Source of the DNA: an uncultured Acidobacteriota bacterium
Lineage (GTDB): Bacteria; Acidobacteriota; Thermoanaerobaculia; UBA5066; Gp7-AA6
Direction: 5' to 3'
Assembly: GCA_963733955.1 (NCBI GenBank)
Contig: CAVTEW010000001.1
Location: 745,639 to 809,638, forward strand
DNA length: 64,000 nt
Both the position numbers and the translations under genes were made by a program. Under the pieces are notes generated by a model. It was not told the origin of the DNA, did not search any database, and saw only the letters and a list, made by a program, of their open reading frames with translations. Of this stretch, positions 1 to 9,886 are shown one piece after another (positions within the stretch are counted from its first letter, which is position 1; each line of letters opens with the position of its first letter).

Positions 1-1981
1 CGGGCTTCTCCTGGCTCTGTTGACGGCGTCCCGGTTGAGACTCGTCGACCATCTCCGCGACCAGGGTTACTTCGCGAAGTATCTCGACGTCGCCGATCGG
101 ATCGTGAGAGGAGACGTGCCGCGGGAGCGGCTCGGCGATTTGAGTCCCGCGTATCTGGCGCAAGTCTGTCTCTATCGGGTCCTGCCGTTCGCCGGCTGGA
201 AACCGCTGCGCGCCCTTCAGGTCGTTGGTCTGACGCTCGCGGCCCTGTTCACGGGCCTGGCCGCCCGCCGTCTCGCCGGCGCTCCGGCGGGAATCGCCGC
301 TCTTCTCCTGGTCCTGGGAAACCGGGCGGCGCTCGTCAACGCCGCCGAGCTCGAACCCGAGACCCTGATCCTCTTGTTGAATTCCGCGGCGCTCGCGCTT
401 CTCATCGAAGTGCAGCACGACGGTCGTGGAAACGCGCGTCGGGGCTTGCTCTTGGCCGGCGTTCTCCTCGGTCTCTCCATCGACGCTCGGCCGGCGGCCC
501 TTCTCGTCCTGATCGCTCTCGCGGGCGGACTCTGGCTTCAAGGCTCGCGATCCGCGGCCGATCGACCTCCGCTGTCCACGCGCTGGCGCGGCGCGATGCT
601 CCTGGTTGCCGCCGCGGCGCTGCCGGTGGCGCTCGCGCTCATCGCCAGCGTGAGCCTGACGGGGATGCTGCGAATCATGGATCCCGGCTATGTCTTCTAC
701 GAGGGCATGAATCCTTCCGCCACCGGGGCGGCCGGCGTCGATCCGGTCATCGCGGTCGATCTCGAAAATCCGTCGGTCGAGTCCGATCCTCTGCACAGCG
801 CTTATCGCCTCGTGGCGGCCCGGGCTCAAGCGGGAACGCCGGACCCTCTCCCGCCCAATCGCTACTGGACGCGAAAGGCGCTGCTCTATGCCGGCGCGCA
901 TCCGCGTCGAGCCCTCGAGCTCGAGCTGGCCAAGGCCCGGCTGGCAATCTCGAGCTACGAGATTTACGACCTCGCCTCGATGTGGCGCAAAGATCAGGAG
1001 CTCAAACGTCTCCCGTGGATTCCGACGGGCGTGCTCGTCGCGCTCGCGCTCGCGGCTCTTGTTCTCGCCCCGCGGGAAAAGGCGCTCCTTCCGCTTCTCT
1101 ATGTTCTGTCGAGCGGGTTGACTCTCGTCGTCTTCTACGTCTCGGCCCGGCAGCGCAACGCCCTTCTTCCGGGCCTCGCCGTTCTCGGAGGGATCGGCAT
1201 CGCCGAAATTCTTCGGCGCGCGCGGACGCGGCCGATCACCGCGCTCGTGGCGGTCGCGGCGGTGTGCGCGGGGGCGTGGATTCTCAAGAGCGGCGGTCGC
1301 GTCGCGCGCGAGGATCTCTACGGCTGGTTCGCCTCCGAGCAGCGGCAGCGAGGCCTCGGAGCGGTCGCCGCGGCCTCCCAGGATCCGGTGGCGAGCCGGC
1401 GCGCGAACTGCTGGCTCGCCACCTGGCCGGTGGGCGTGCCTCCCGATGTGCCTCCAGACGCGCTTGGAGAGACGGCGCTCGCCCAGCTCAGCCATGCGGC
1501 GGTCCCGGAGCGAAGGTTCGATCTGGCGCTCGCGCTCGAGCGCGCCGGCGATTGGGCGGATGCGGAGAGGATCCTGCGCGCGCTCGAGGAGGGTGGGTAT
1601 CGTCCGGATCGCGGCGGCGCGATCACCAACTCCGTGGCCTTCTACCGGGCGCGGGCACTCCTCCACCTCGCCCGCGCTCCCGAAGCGCGCGAAGAGCTCG
1701 CGATCGCGCAGCGCCAGGCTGCCGGGGACGCGCGGCTTCTCGCTCTGCAAGCCGCGCTCGCCGATTCCCGAAAGGAGGAGTCGCGATCGGCCGAGGCTCT
1801 CCGCGAGCTCGCGCGCCTGCACGATCCCTTCACCGCGGATCTGGCTCGAGCGCTGGCGGAATACGACATGAGCCGGAGCGAAGCGGCGCTGGACCTTGTT
1901 CGCCGGGCGCTCGCCGCCTGTCCCGACTGGGATCGCGCCCGCGACGCGGAGCGGCGTCTGCTGGCCGGACGGCCCCTGTAG
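1..1981 (+). CDS. GT-C fold (ArnT/PMT-like) membrane glycosyltransferase with C-terminal TPR-like helical region; probably 5'-partial
   Basis: Frame is open from the window edge. Many TM helices, E-x-E-T-L motif (ELEPETL), FYVSARQR motif, Ala/Leu/Glu-rich TPR-like C-terminus. Confidence 0.65.
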   Translation, partial: GLLLALLTASRLRLVDHLRDQGYFAKYLDVADRIVRGDVPRERLGDLSPAYLAQVCLYRVLPFAGWKPLRALQVVGLTLAALFTGLAARRLAGAPAGIAALLLVLGNRAALVNAAELEPETLILLLNSAALALLIEVQHDGRGNARRGLLLAGVLLGLSIDARPAALLVLIALAGGLWLQGSRSAADRPPLSTRWRGAMLLVAAAALPVALALIASVSLTGMLRIMDPGYVFYEGMNPSATGAAGVDPVIAVDLENPSVESDPLHSAYRLVAARAQAGTPDPLPPNRYWTRKALLYAGAHPRRALELELAKARLAISSYEIYDLASMWRKDQELKRLPWIPTGVLVALALAALVLAPREKALLPLLYVLSSGLTLVVFYVSARQRNALLPGLAVLGGIGIAEILRRARTRPITALVAVAAVCAGAWILKSGGRVAREDLYGWFASEQRQRGLGAVAAASQDPVASRRANCWLATWPVGVPPDVPPDALGETALAQLSHAAVPERRFDLALALERAGDWADAERILRALEEGGYRPDRGGAITNSVAFYRARALLHLARAPEAREELAIAQRQAAGDARLLALQAALADSRKEESRSAEALRELARLHDPFTADLARALAEYDMSRSEAALDLVRRALAACPDWDRARDAERRLLAGRPL

Positions 1982-2078
1982 TTCGTGCGCGGACGTCGAG
2001 AGGCTCGTCAGGCGGCCGGCGCGAGCTCTGTTCCCAGGATTGGAGAGATGAGGCAGTCCACCGCATCGCCACGATGAG

Positions 2079-2795
2079 CTACGAAGCGCCCTGCTTGCGC
2101 TGGGAGGCCCATTGGGCGAAGTCTTTGACCTCGGCCGGATCCACGCCCGCGGGATCGACGCTCCTCTTCCCAACCCATTTCTCGATCGCCGCCGCCAGCT
2201 CGTCGGCCAGGGCCCGATCCCTCTCAGAGAGCGAGATGTAGTCGGGCTTGACCTCTTCGATACGATTCAGGGCGAGAAGCGTCTCCGCTCGGTATTCCAT
2301 GGCCAGCGTGTAATTGGGCTGGATGCTCAGCGCCTTCTGGCACGCCTCGAGCGAGGACGCGTAGTCGCCCGTCTTGCGGTAGGCGTAGCCAAGATATCCC
2401 CAGGCCGAATAGTGGTTCGGGTTTTTCTTCGTGGCCTCGGCGAACTTACGGATGGAGTTCCGGTACTTGTCCCTGGCTTTCGTTTCCAGTTTCGCTTTCC
2501 TCGCAGCGTCGGTTTCGGAAGCGGCCTCCTTCTGGAGCTTGTCCGCCTTGTTGCTGTCGGCCATCCCCTCGGTGTAAAGACGGTCCGCCTGCTGTTCGGG
2601 AGTCAGAAAGCGAGGCGACTTCATCGCCTCCAGAGGCTGGATCGGCTGCGCCGGCTGCATGGGCTCCATCTGCGGAGACGGCGCTTCCGAGGCAGGCGCG
2701 CCGCCGCCCGGGCTCGAGCCGTCCATCGCGGCGGAGACGAGAAACGAGGACGCGCCGATGAGGCACGCGGCGAAGGCTGCGAAATGTTTTCTCAT
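2079..2795 (-). CDS. Secreted TPR-repeat protein
   Basis: ATG at 2795 with SD AGGAGGT (2801-2807). Signal peptide MRKHFAAFAACLIG; TPR motifs (AWGYLGYAYRKTGDYASSLEACQKALSIQP). Confidence 0.8.
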   Translation of the reverse strand: MRKHFAAFAACLIGASSFLVSAAMDGSSPGGGAPASEAPSPQMEPMQPAQPIQPLEAMKSPRFLTPEQQADRLYTEGMADSNKADKLQKEAASETDAARKAKLETKARDKYRNSIRKFAEATKKNPNHYSAWGYLGYAYRKTGDYASSLEACQKALSIQPNYTLAMEYRAETLLALNRIEEVKPDYISLSERDRALADELAAAIEKWVGKRSVDPAGVDPAEVKDFAQWASQRKQGAS

Positions 2796-3166
2796 GTCGG
2801 ACCTCCTGAGGCGAACCCCCGCCCGTGACCGGGGCGGGCTGCTGTCACAGACGGGAAGTCTGTCTTCAGGAGCGGTGAACGGCAATGACCACTCGCGCCC
2901 GCGTCGATATAGCCACCGCCGGGTTGATCGAGGCGATTTTTGCTCTCGGCGCGAGACGCTCCTGGAATGCGCCCGAGAGCTCGGGAAGGGAAGAGGCCAG
3001 GACAGACCCCAGCTCCGCCCCCCGCTCGTGTCATGTAACGCAGACCACTTTAGCGTCTGCGTGCCGTAGGGACTCGGCACGCGGCCGCCCGCGGGCTGGA
3101 CAAGCCCCGCCCCCACGTTGTCCGCTGGATAGTAAACTTTCGTTACACAACACGAGAATCCATCTC

Positions 3167-4927
3167 CTGCAAATCGCCAGAGCAGCACCGGTCGAAGCCC
3201 CGCGGCGCGCGGGCGCCTGGATCCTTCCAGGCGCGCTGACGCTCGCGTACCTGGCTCTGCGGATTCCGGGGTTGATGGCGCTCCCGATCTTCTGCGACGA
3301 GTCGATCTACCTGCGCTACGCGCAGCTCATTGCGCGCGCGCCGATCGCCAACGCGCTCGTGTCGCTGGTCGATCCCAAGCCGCCTCTCCATTATTGGCTG
3401 CTCGCGGCCGTCTTCGGGACGACGTCCGATCCGCTCCTGGCCGGGCGCCTTCTCTCGGTCGCCGCCGGCCTGGCGACGCTGTGGATCCTGATGCCGCTCT
3501 GCGGCGAGCTCGCCGCGCTGGCGCGGCCGCGCCGGACCCGAAGAGAGGCGAGCTCCGCCGGCGTCGATCCGTTCCCCCTCGCCGCGGGACTTCTCTTTCT
3601 GGCCTGTCCGTTTCTCGCCTTCTACCAGCGGATGGCGCTGGCCGAGGCGCTCCTCGTCGCGCAATCGCTTCTCGTCGCATGGCTCGCCCTGCGCCTGGCC
3701 CGCGACCCGTCGCGCGGCGGACTCGCCCTGGGCCTCGCGCTCGGCCTGGCGTTTCTGACCAAGCAAGTCTTCAGCTATGCGCTCGCGGCGCTTCCGATCG
3801 CGGCCGCGGCGCTGCGATGGCGCGATCTTGCGGACGCCGCCAGACGCTCCCTGCTCCGGCGAGTCGCGGCCGCGTTCGGTCTCGCGGCGCTTCTCTTCTC
3901 GCCGGTCCTGCTGGTCGACTACGGTCCCGGCCTCCAGGACCGCGTTTTCTTTCACGTCAGCCACCGCTACGCCGCGGGCGCCGCGTCGCACATGGCGCGC
4001 GTCGTCGGCGACAACCTTCGCTACGTTTTCGTTCCGGGGATCTTGCGCGAGACGCTGCCGGAGACGCTTTACGAGGGATTCCACGCCCCGGCCGACACGG
4101 GGTGGCTGTGGATCTACCTGACGCCGCCGGTCTATCTGGCCGCGCTCGCCGGGCTCGCCGGTCTCCTGGCCCGGCGCGAGAAGCGCCTCTTTGCGTTCCT
4201 CGCGGTCTGGATCGCCGCGACGCTCGTTCCGTTCGTCGGCTTCGCGACGACCGCCGTGTCGCGCTACGCGCTCTTCGCCGTGCCGCCGTTTCTGCTGGCG
4301 GCGGCGAGCCTGGCGGCCTGGACGGCAGAGCGCGTCCCCCGACCGATCCGCGTCCCGGTCCTGGCGGCGATTCTGGCGGCGCTCCTGGCCTGGCCGGCGC
4401 GCTCCCTCACTCTGCAGTGCGCCGATCCGGCCCGGCAGCCGCTGGCCCGGTCGGACTTCTGGCAGTACGTGTCGGGATGGCCGGCGGGCGGCGCGTCCCG
4501 GGCCGCGGTCGCCGCGATCGAGGCGATGGCCGCGCGCGGCCCCGTCGTCGTCGTGACGTCGCGCAACGCCGGGACGCCCGACGACGTGGTCTGGACGTAC
4601 CTCGACGGCCGCCCCAACGTGTTTCTCTACTTCGTTCCCTGGACGTTTCAGGCGCCGATCCTTCGCCCGGCCGGGCGTCCGAACTCCTTCATCCTCTTCG
4701 CCGGCTTTCACGGCATCCGGCGGCCCGCCAGGGAAGTGACCGTGCGGCGGGACGTCCCGATCCTGTTCGTCGCCACGGACCCGTTTCCGTCTCCCTCGGG
4801 CGCCATCCCGGCGAGCTCTTCGGTCCTGCCCCGCAATCGGGAGATGCGGGAGATCGCCCGGTTCGAGAATCCATCGACGCCGGGCATCGCCCACCGGGAC
4901 GCGGTGGTTCTCTACCGACTGCGCTGA
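3167..4927 (+). CDS. GT-C fold (ArnT/GT39-like) membrane glycosyltransferase; start uncertain (CTG 3167 or ATG 2885)
   Basis: LPIFCDESIY motif after TM1, DPKPPLHYW, GRLLSV, multiple TM helices, SRY motif. Confidence 0.75.
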   Translation: MQIARAAPVEAPRRAGAWILPGALTLAYLALRIPGLMALPIFCDESIYLRYAQLIARAPIANALVSLVDPKPPLHYWLLAAVFGTTSDPLLAGRLLSVAAGLATLWILMPLCGELAALARPRRTRREASSAGVDPFPLAAGLLFLACPFLAFYQRMALAEALLVAQSLLVAWLALRLARDPSRGGLALGLALGLAFLTKQVFSYALAALPIAAAALRWRDLADAARRSLLRRVAAAFGLAALLFSPVLLVDYGPGLQDRVFFHVSHRYAAGAASHMARVVGDNLRYVFVPGILRETLPETLYEGFHAPADTGWLWIYLTPPVYLAALAGLAGLLARREKRLFAFLAVWIAATLVPFVGFATTAVSRYALFAVPPFLLAAASLAAWTAERVPRPIRVPVLAAILAALLAWPARSLTLQCADPARQPLARSDFWQYVSGWPAGGASRAAVAAIEAMAARGPVVVVTSRNAGTPDDVVWTYLDGRPNVFLYFVPWTFQAPILRPAGRPNSFILFAGFHGIRRPAREVTVRRDVPILFVATDPFPSPSGAIPASSSVLPRNREMREIARFENPSTPGIAHRDAVVLYRLR

Positions 4928-4954
4928 GCCGTTGCGCGGCCCGCCGATAACAAT

Positions 4955-5653
4955 CTAGATATTGTGAGGAGCCGCGATCCGGCCGTCGGCGATCTCGACG
5001 ACCCGGTCGGCCCGCCGGGCCGCGGCCGCGGAGTGCGTGGCCAGGACGAGCGTCGTGCCGCGCTCGCGCCGGATCTCGTCCAGGAGCGACAGCACGCGCT
5101 CGCCGTTGGCGCTGTCGAGGTTGCCGGTCGGCTCGTCGGCCAGGAGGAGCCGGGCGCCGGTCACCAGGGCCCGCGCGATCGCGACGCGCTGGATCTCGCC
5201 TCCGGAGAGCTCGTAGGGATGCGCGGCGGCTCGGTGTGCCAGACCGACCCGATCGAGCAGCTCCCGGGCCCGCGCCTGCGCGTCGGGCCGTCCGTCCAGG
5301 GCCCGGGGCAGCTCGACGTTCTCGCCGACGGTGATGTGCGGGAGCAGGTTGAAGAACTGGAAGACCAGGCCGACGTCCCTGCGGCGGTAGAGCGTCAGCT
5401 CCCGTTCCGGCAGGGCGGCCACGTCGCGGCCCGCGACCAGGACCGCGCCCGAGGTCGGGCGGTCGATTCCCCCGAGCAGATGGAGGAGCGTCGACTTGCC
5501 TCCGCCGGACGGGCCGACCACGGCCAGGAACTCGCCGGCCGTGACCGCCAGATCGATGCCGTCGAGCGCGACGACCGGCTGGGCCGCCGCATAGACCTTA
5601 CGGACGGCGCGGCAGAGAACGTCCGGCGCGGAGGATGCCGACGGGGAAGCCAC
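4955..5653 (-). CDS. ABC transporter ATP-binding protein (LolD/MacB-like)
   Basis: Walker [22 protein letters not shown] signature, [13 protein letters not shown]. Confidence 0.9.
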   Translation of the reverse strand: MASPSASSAPDVLCRAVRKVYAAAQPVVALDGIDLAVTAGEFLAVVGPSGGGKSTLLHLLGGIDRPTSGAVLVAGRDVAALPERELTLYRRRDVGLVFQFFNLLPHITVGENVELPRALDGRPDAQARARELLDRVGLAHRAAAHPYELSGGEIQRVAIARALVTGARLLLADEPTGNLDSANGERVLSLLDEIRRERGTTLVLATHSAAAARRADRVVEIADGRIAAPHNI

Positions 5654-5684
5654 GGCGCCGGAGAATATCGGATAGATTCCTCGG

Positions 5685-5779
5685 GACGTGAGGCGTAAGG
5701 CGTGAGGCGTGAGGCGAAGCGCGGAGACCGCGCGGCCGAGGGCCTGGCGCCACGGACGCCTGACTCCTTACGCCTCACG
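5685..5779. repeat. Inverted pair of 7-nt tandem repeats (GGCGTGA)n ... (CGCCTCA-like)n
   Basis: gacgtgaggcgtaaggcgtgaggcgtgaggcg at 5685-5716 and the complementary gacgcctgactccttacgcctcacg at 5755-5779. Confidence 0.75.
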
Positions 5780-5790
5780 GCGGGCGCGCG

Positions 5791-6582
5791 ATGCGCCCGC
5801 TGATACGCGCCTGGAGGCAGCGCGCGCTCATCGTCGCGCTGACCCGGCGTGAGCTCGCGGCGCGCTACCGCGGCGGCGTGCTCGGCTACTTCTGGTCGCT
5901 GGCCAATCCGCTGCTGCTTCTGGCGGTCTACGCCACGGTCTTCCGGCTGGTGTTCCAGCCGCGGGCGGACGTCCGGCCCTACGCGCTCTTTCTCTTCGGG
6001 GGCGTCCTGGCCTGGGGCTTCGTTTCCGCGGCGCTGCTCGATTCCGCGGAGACGTTCCGCAGCAACGGACCGCTCCTGCGCAAGACGACCGTGGCTCCCG
6101 AGGTCTTTCCCGCCGTCGCGGTCGGGGCGCGGCTTTCCCACCTCGTGCTCGCGCTGCCGGTCTTGGCCGGCGCGATCGTGTATGCGGCGGCGAACGGGAG
6201 CGTCGCCCCGGGGATGGCCGGGCTCGCCTTCGCGGCGGTCCTGCTGCTCCTCACGCTGACCGTCTTCGGGCTGTCGCTGACGATCTCCTCGCTCGCCGTG
6301 CATTTCGGCGACGTGCGCGACCTGGTGGCCAATCTCCTGACCCTGGCGTTCTTCCTGACGCCGATCCTCTATCCGGTCGCGTCCGTGCCGCAGCGCTTTC
6401 GCCTGGTGATGCGGCTCAACCCCTTCGCGACCTTCTTCGCCGCCCTGCAGGACAGCGCGTTCTTCTTCCGGCCGATTCCGGCGGCCGAGTGGGCCTGGAT
6501 GGCCGGCACCGCCGCGGTCTGCCTGATCGCGGGGGCGTGGATCTTCGAGCGGTTGCGCGACTCGATCGCGGAGGAGGCGTAG
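5791..6582 (+). CDS. wzm: ABC-2 polysaccharide export permease (Wzm/RfbA)
   Basis: RELAARYRGGVLGYFWSLANPLL, FFLTPILYP, LNPF motifs; 6 TM helices. Confidence 0.88.
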   Translation: MRPLIRAWRQRALIVALTRRELAARYRGGVLGYFWSLANPLLLLAVYATVFRLVFQPRADVRPYALFLFGGVLAWGFVSAALLDSAETFRSNGPLLRKTTVAPEVFPAVAVGARLSHLVLALPVLAGAIVYAAANGSVAPGMAGLAFAAVLLLLTLTVFGLSLTISSLAVHFGDVRDLVANLLTLAFFLTPILYPVASVPQRFRLVMRLNPFATFFAALQDSAFFFRPIPAAEWAWMAGTAAVCLIAGAWIFERLRDSIAEEA

Positions 6583-6634
6583 GTGGGACGCGGGGACGCG
6601 GGGAGGGAGGACGGGGGGATGGGGGGACGCGGGG
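6583..6634 (+). repeat. Degenerate 8-nt G-rich tandem repeat (GGGGACGC)
   Basis: gggacgcggggacgcggggagggaggacggggggatggggggacgcgggg fills the wzm-wzt gap. Confidence 0.65.
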
Positions 6635-7912
6635 ATGACTGACGTCGGCCGCAAGGAGACTGCGGTTCTCGTCCGCGGCGTCACGAAGCTCTACCGCCGC
6701 TATGGGCGCAAGAACACGATCGGGACGCTCAAGTCCGCCCTGCTTTCCGGGCTGGGTCGAAGAGCGCTCTCGGCGGATTCCGCCGTGCCGGCTCTCACCG
6801 GAGTCTCGTTCGGCGTCGCCCGCGGCGAAACGGTCGGCGTGGTCGGCGCCAACGGCTCGGGCAAATCGACCCTGTTGAAGCTCCTGGCCGGCATCGTGCG
6901 GCCGACCGAGGGAGAGGTCTCCGTGCGCGGGCGCCTGGCCGCGCTGCTCGAGCTCGGCGCGGGGTTCCATCCGGAGATCTCCGGCCGCGAGAACATCGAG
7001 ATCAGCGGGCTGTTGCTCAGCCTGACGCGGCGGCAGATCGCAGAGCGCTTCGACGCCATCGTCGCCTTCGCCCAGATCGAGGAGTTCCTGGACGCGCCCC
7101 TGAAGACGTACTCCTCGGGCATGGCCGTGCGCCTGGGGTTCTCGATCGCCGCGCACAGCGATCCCGACGTGCTCTTGGTCGACGAGGTGCTGGCGGTGGG
7201 AGACGAGCAGTTCGCGCACCGCTGCCTGGAGAAGTTCGCGGAGTTCGAGCGGGCCGGCAAGACGATCCTCGTCGTGTCGCACGATCTGCAGCTCGTCACC
7301 GAACGGTGCCGGCGGGCCCTCTGGCTCGAGCACGGACGCCTCGTCGCCGACGGCCCGGCGGGCGAGACGGTCGCGCGCTACCGCGCGAGCGTGGCGTTGC
7401 GGGAGTCCGCGGACCGCCAATCGCAAATCACAAATCGCCAATCACAAATGAACGCGGCGGAGCCGCGGTCCAGGATTGGTTCGGGCGTGGCGGTGATCTC
7501 GGCGGTTCGGCTGCTGGACCCGGCGGGGAGGGCCGCGACGAGGATCCGCTCGGGAGAGCCGGCCCGGCTGGAGATGGACGTGTCCGCTCCGACGCCGCTC
7601 TCCGACATCGTCTTCGGGTTCGCCATCGCGACCGTCTCCGGGGACGTCGTGTTCGGGACCAACACGCAGATCGACGCCTGCGCGCCCGGCGAGCTCGCCG
7701 GCGCGGCGCGCGTGACGCTGGAGATCCCGGCCCTGGCGCTGGCCCCCGGCGCGTACTCCGTCGACGCCGCGGCCCACGCCGCCAACGGCGCCCCCTACGA
7801 CTACCGGCGCGACGCGCTTCGGTTCGACGTCACCTCCGACCGCGGAGCGGCCGGCGTCTGGAATCCTCCGCGCCGGTGGAGCTTCCAGGGCGCGGTTCCT
7901 GGGAAAGCGTGA
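6635..7912 (+). CDS. wzt: Polysaccharide ABC exporter ATPase with Wzt_C domain
   Basis: GANGSGKST, ELGAGFHPEISGRENI, YSSGM, VDEVLAVGD; beta-rich C-terminal domain (VFGTNT...LAPGAYSVD). Confidence 0.9.
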   Translation: MTDVGRKETAVLVRGVTKLYRRYGRKNTIGTLKSALLSGLGRRALSADSAVPALTGVSFGVARGETVGVVGANGSGKSTLLKLLAGIVRPTEGEVSVRGRLAALLELGAGFHPEISGRENIEISGLLLSLTRRQIAERFDAIVAFAQIEEFLDAPLKTYSSGMAVRLGFSIAAHSDPDVLLVDEVLAVGDEQFAHRCLEKFAEFERAGKTILVVSHDLQLVTERCRRALWLEHGRLVADGPAGETVARYRASVALRESADRQSQITNRQSQMNAAEPRSRIGSGVAVISAVRLLDPAGRAATRIRSGEPARLEMDVSAPTPLSDIVFGFAIATVSGDVVFGTNTQIDACAPGELAGAARVTLEIPALALAPGAYSVDAAAHAANGAPYDYRRDALRFDVTSDRGAAGVWNPPRRWSFQGAVPGKA

Positions 7913-8649
7913 AGGGCGCCGTCCCGGTCGCGTTCGCCTCGAAGCTGCGCGCGTTTCTCCGTCGCCGCTTCTCGCGGGAGGAGGTCGAAGGCCTCTACCT
8001 GACCGTGGGCTTTGCGGCCTGCGCGGTCCTGGCCGTCCTCTTCGGGATCCTGGCCGACGAAGTCTTCGAGGTCCACGGCCGAAATCCCGTCGACCGGGAA
8101 TGGACCCTGGCCGTGCGTCCGTACCAGACGCCCGCCCGCGACGCCCTGGCCCGCTCGGTGACGTCGCTGGGAGACGCGCGCTTCCTGGTTCCGGCCACGC
8201 TGGCCGCCGCGGGCACGCTGGCCTGGAAAAAACACCGCGTGTCCGCCCTCCTCTTCGCCGGCGCGGTCGTAGGCGGCTGGCTCCTGGAGATGCTCCTCAA
8301 GATCTCGTTTCGCCGAACCCGCCCGGATCTCTGGCCCGCGCTGGTGACCGAGAAGACGCCGAGCTTTCCCAGCGGCCACGCCACCATGTCCTGTCTCTTC
8401 TTCGGCGCCGTCGTCGCGCTGGTCTTTCACCTGTCCGGCAACCGCCTCCTGCGGGCGTTCGCGGCGGCGGGCGGAGCGGCCGTGATTCTCGCGGTCGGCT
8501 TCTCGCGGATCTACCTGGGCGCCCACTGGCTGACCGACGTCCTGGCGGGGTTTCTGGTCGGCCTCTTCTGGGTGGTGATCTGCGCGACGGGGACGGAGTA
8601 TTTCGCGCGGCGGGGACGCGCAAAATCGGGGACGCGGGCGGCCGGGTGA
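7909..8649 (+). CDS. PAP2-family phosphatase (likely undecaprenyl-PP phosphatase)
   Basis: GTG overlaps the wzt stop. K-x6-RP, PSGH and SRIYLGAHWLTDV motifs. Confidence 0.88.
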   Translation: MKGAVPVAFASKLRAFLRRRFSREEVEGLYLTVGFAACAVLAVLFGILADEVFEVHGRNPVDREWTLAVRPYQTPARDALARSVTSLGDARFLVPATLAAAGTLAWKKHRVSALLFAGAVVGGWLLEMLLKISFRRTRPDLWPALVTEKTPSFPSGHATMSCLFFGAVVALVFHLSGNRLLRAFAAAGGAAVILAVGFSRIYLGAHWLTDVLAGFLVGLFWVVICATGTEYFARRGRAKSGTRAAG

Positions 8650-8722
8650 GCGGTTGATCGGGCGCGCGGAGGATCGCGGCGCGATCGGAACCGGCCGTTC
8701 CCCCTGTAGACTTCGTTCGCCG

Positions 8723-9886
8723 ATGAGATCCACATTCCTGCCCTTCGCCCGGCCGGCGATCGGGCCAGACGAGATCGCCGAGGTGGTGGACACCCTCGAG
8801 TCCGGCTGGATCACCACCGGCCCCAAGGTCGAGAAGTTCACCGCGGCGTTCGTCGACTACGTCGGCGGACGCTTCGCCGTACCGGTCTCCTCGGCCACCG
8901 CGGGGCTTCACGTGGCCCTGCTGGCGCTCCATATCGGGCCGGGCGACGAGGTGATCACGACGCCGATGACCTTCGTGGCGACCCTCAACACGATCGTGCA
9001 CTGCGGCGCGGTCCCCGTGCTGGCCGACATCGACGCCGCGACGTTGAACATCCGGGTGGAGGAGATCGAGAAGAAAATCACGCCGCGCACACGGGCGATC
9101 GCGCCGGTGCACTACGTCGGGCAGCCCGCGGACCTCGATCCGATCCTGGAGCTCGCCGCGGCGCGGGGCCTCGCCGTCCTGGAGGACGCGGCCCACGCCG
9201 TGGGGACCGAGTACAAGGGCCGGCGCATCGGGTCCTTTCCCACCACCTCGGTCTTCTCGTTCCATCCGAACAAGAACATGACCACCGGCGAGGGCGGCAT
9301 GATCGTAACCGACGACGAGGCGGTCTTCGAGAAGGCCTCGCTCTTGAAGTTTCACGGCATGGACCGGGAATCCTGGAAGCGCTTCGCCAAGAGCGGGAGC
9401 CCGCGCTACGACGTGGCCATCCCCGGCTACAAGTACAACATGATGGACATCCAGGCGGCGCTGGGCCTTCACCAGCTTCGGCGGCTCGAGGGATTTCTCG
9501 CCGAGCGGCAGCGGCTGGCCGCGCGCTACGACGCCGCGCTCGCCGGCGCGGTCGGCCTCATCCTGCCGCAGCGCGTTCCCTACCCGGCCCGGCACGCCTG
9601 GCACCTGTACACCCCGCTGGTGGACCTCGACCGCCTGACCATCGACCGCGACCGCTTCATGAGCGAGCTCCAGCGGCGCAACATCGGCACCGGCCTCCAC
9701 TACACCGCGGCGCACGAGTTCTCCTACTACGCGCAGCGCTTCGGGTGGCGGCCGGAGGATTTTCCGGAGGCGCACTTCGTCTCCGAGCGGATCGTCTCGC
9801 TGCCGCTCTTTCCCGGCCTCTCCGACTCCGACCAGGACGACGCGATCGCCGCGATCCGCGCCGTGCTCGAGGAGTTCCGCCGGTGA
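8723..9886 (+). CDS. arnB: DegT/DnrJ aminotransferase, UDP-Ara4O aminotransferase
   Basis: FLPFARPAIG, SGWITTGPKV, EDAAHA, SFHPNKNMTTGEGG; operon context. Confidence 0.85.
   Translation: MRSTFLPFARPAIGPDEIAEVVDTLESGWITTGPKVEKFTAAFVDYVGGRFAVPVSSATAGLHVALLALHIGPGDEVITTPMTFVATLNTIVHCGAVPVLADIDAATLNIRVEEIEKKITPRTRAIAPVHYVGQPADLDPILELAAARGLAVLEDAAHAVGTEYKGRRIGSFPTTSVFSFHPNKNMTTGEGGMIVTDDEAVFEKASLLKFHGMDRESWKRFAKSGSPRYDVAIPGYKYNMMDIQAALGLHQLRRLEGFLAERQRLAARYDAALAGAVGLILPQRVPYPARHAWHLYTPLVDLDRLTIDRDRFMSELQRRNIGTGLHYTAAHEFSYYAQRFGWRPEDFPEAHFVSERIVSLPLFPGLSDSDQDDAIAAIRAVLEEFRR

Noticed and set aside
3025-3156. SAM-I or c-di-GMP riboswitch, or tRNA-Sec
   Set aside because: Only short fragments resemble the consensus; core motifs, anticodon and T-loop are missing.
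4955-5653. Orphan ABC ATPase as part of a novel transporter
   Set aside because: No adjacent cognate permease; lone LolD-like ATPases are common.
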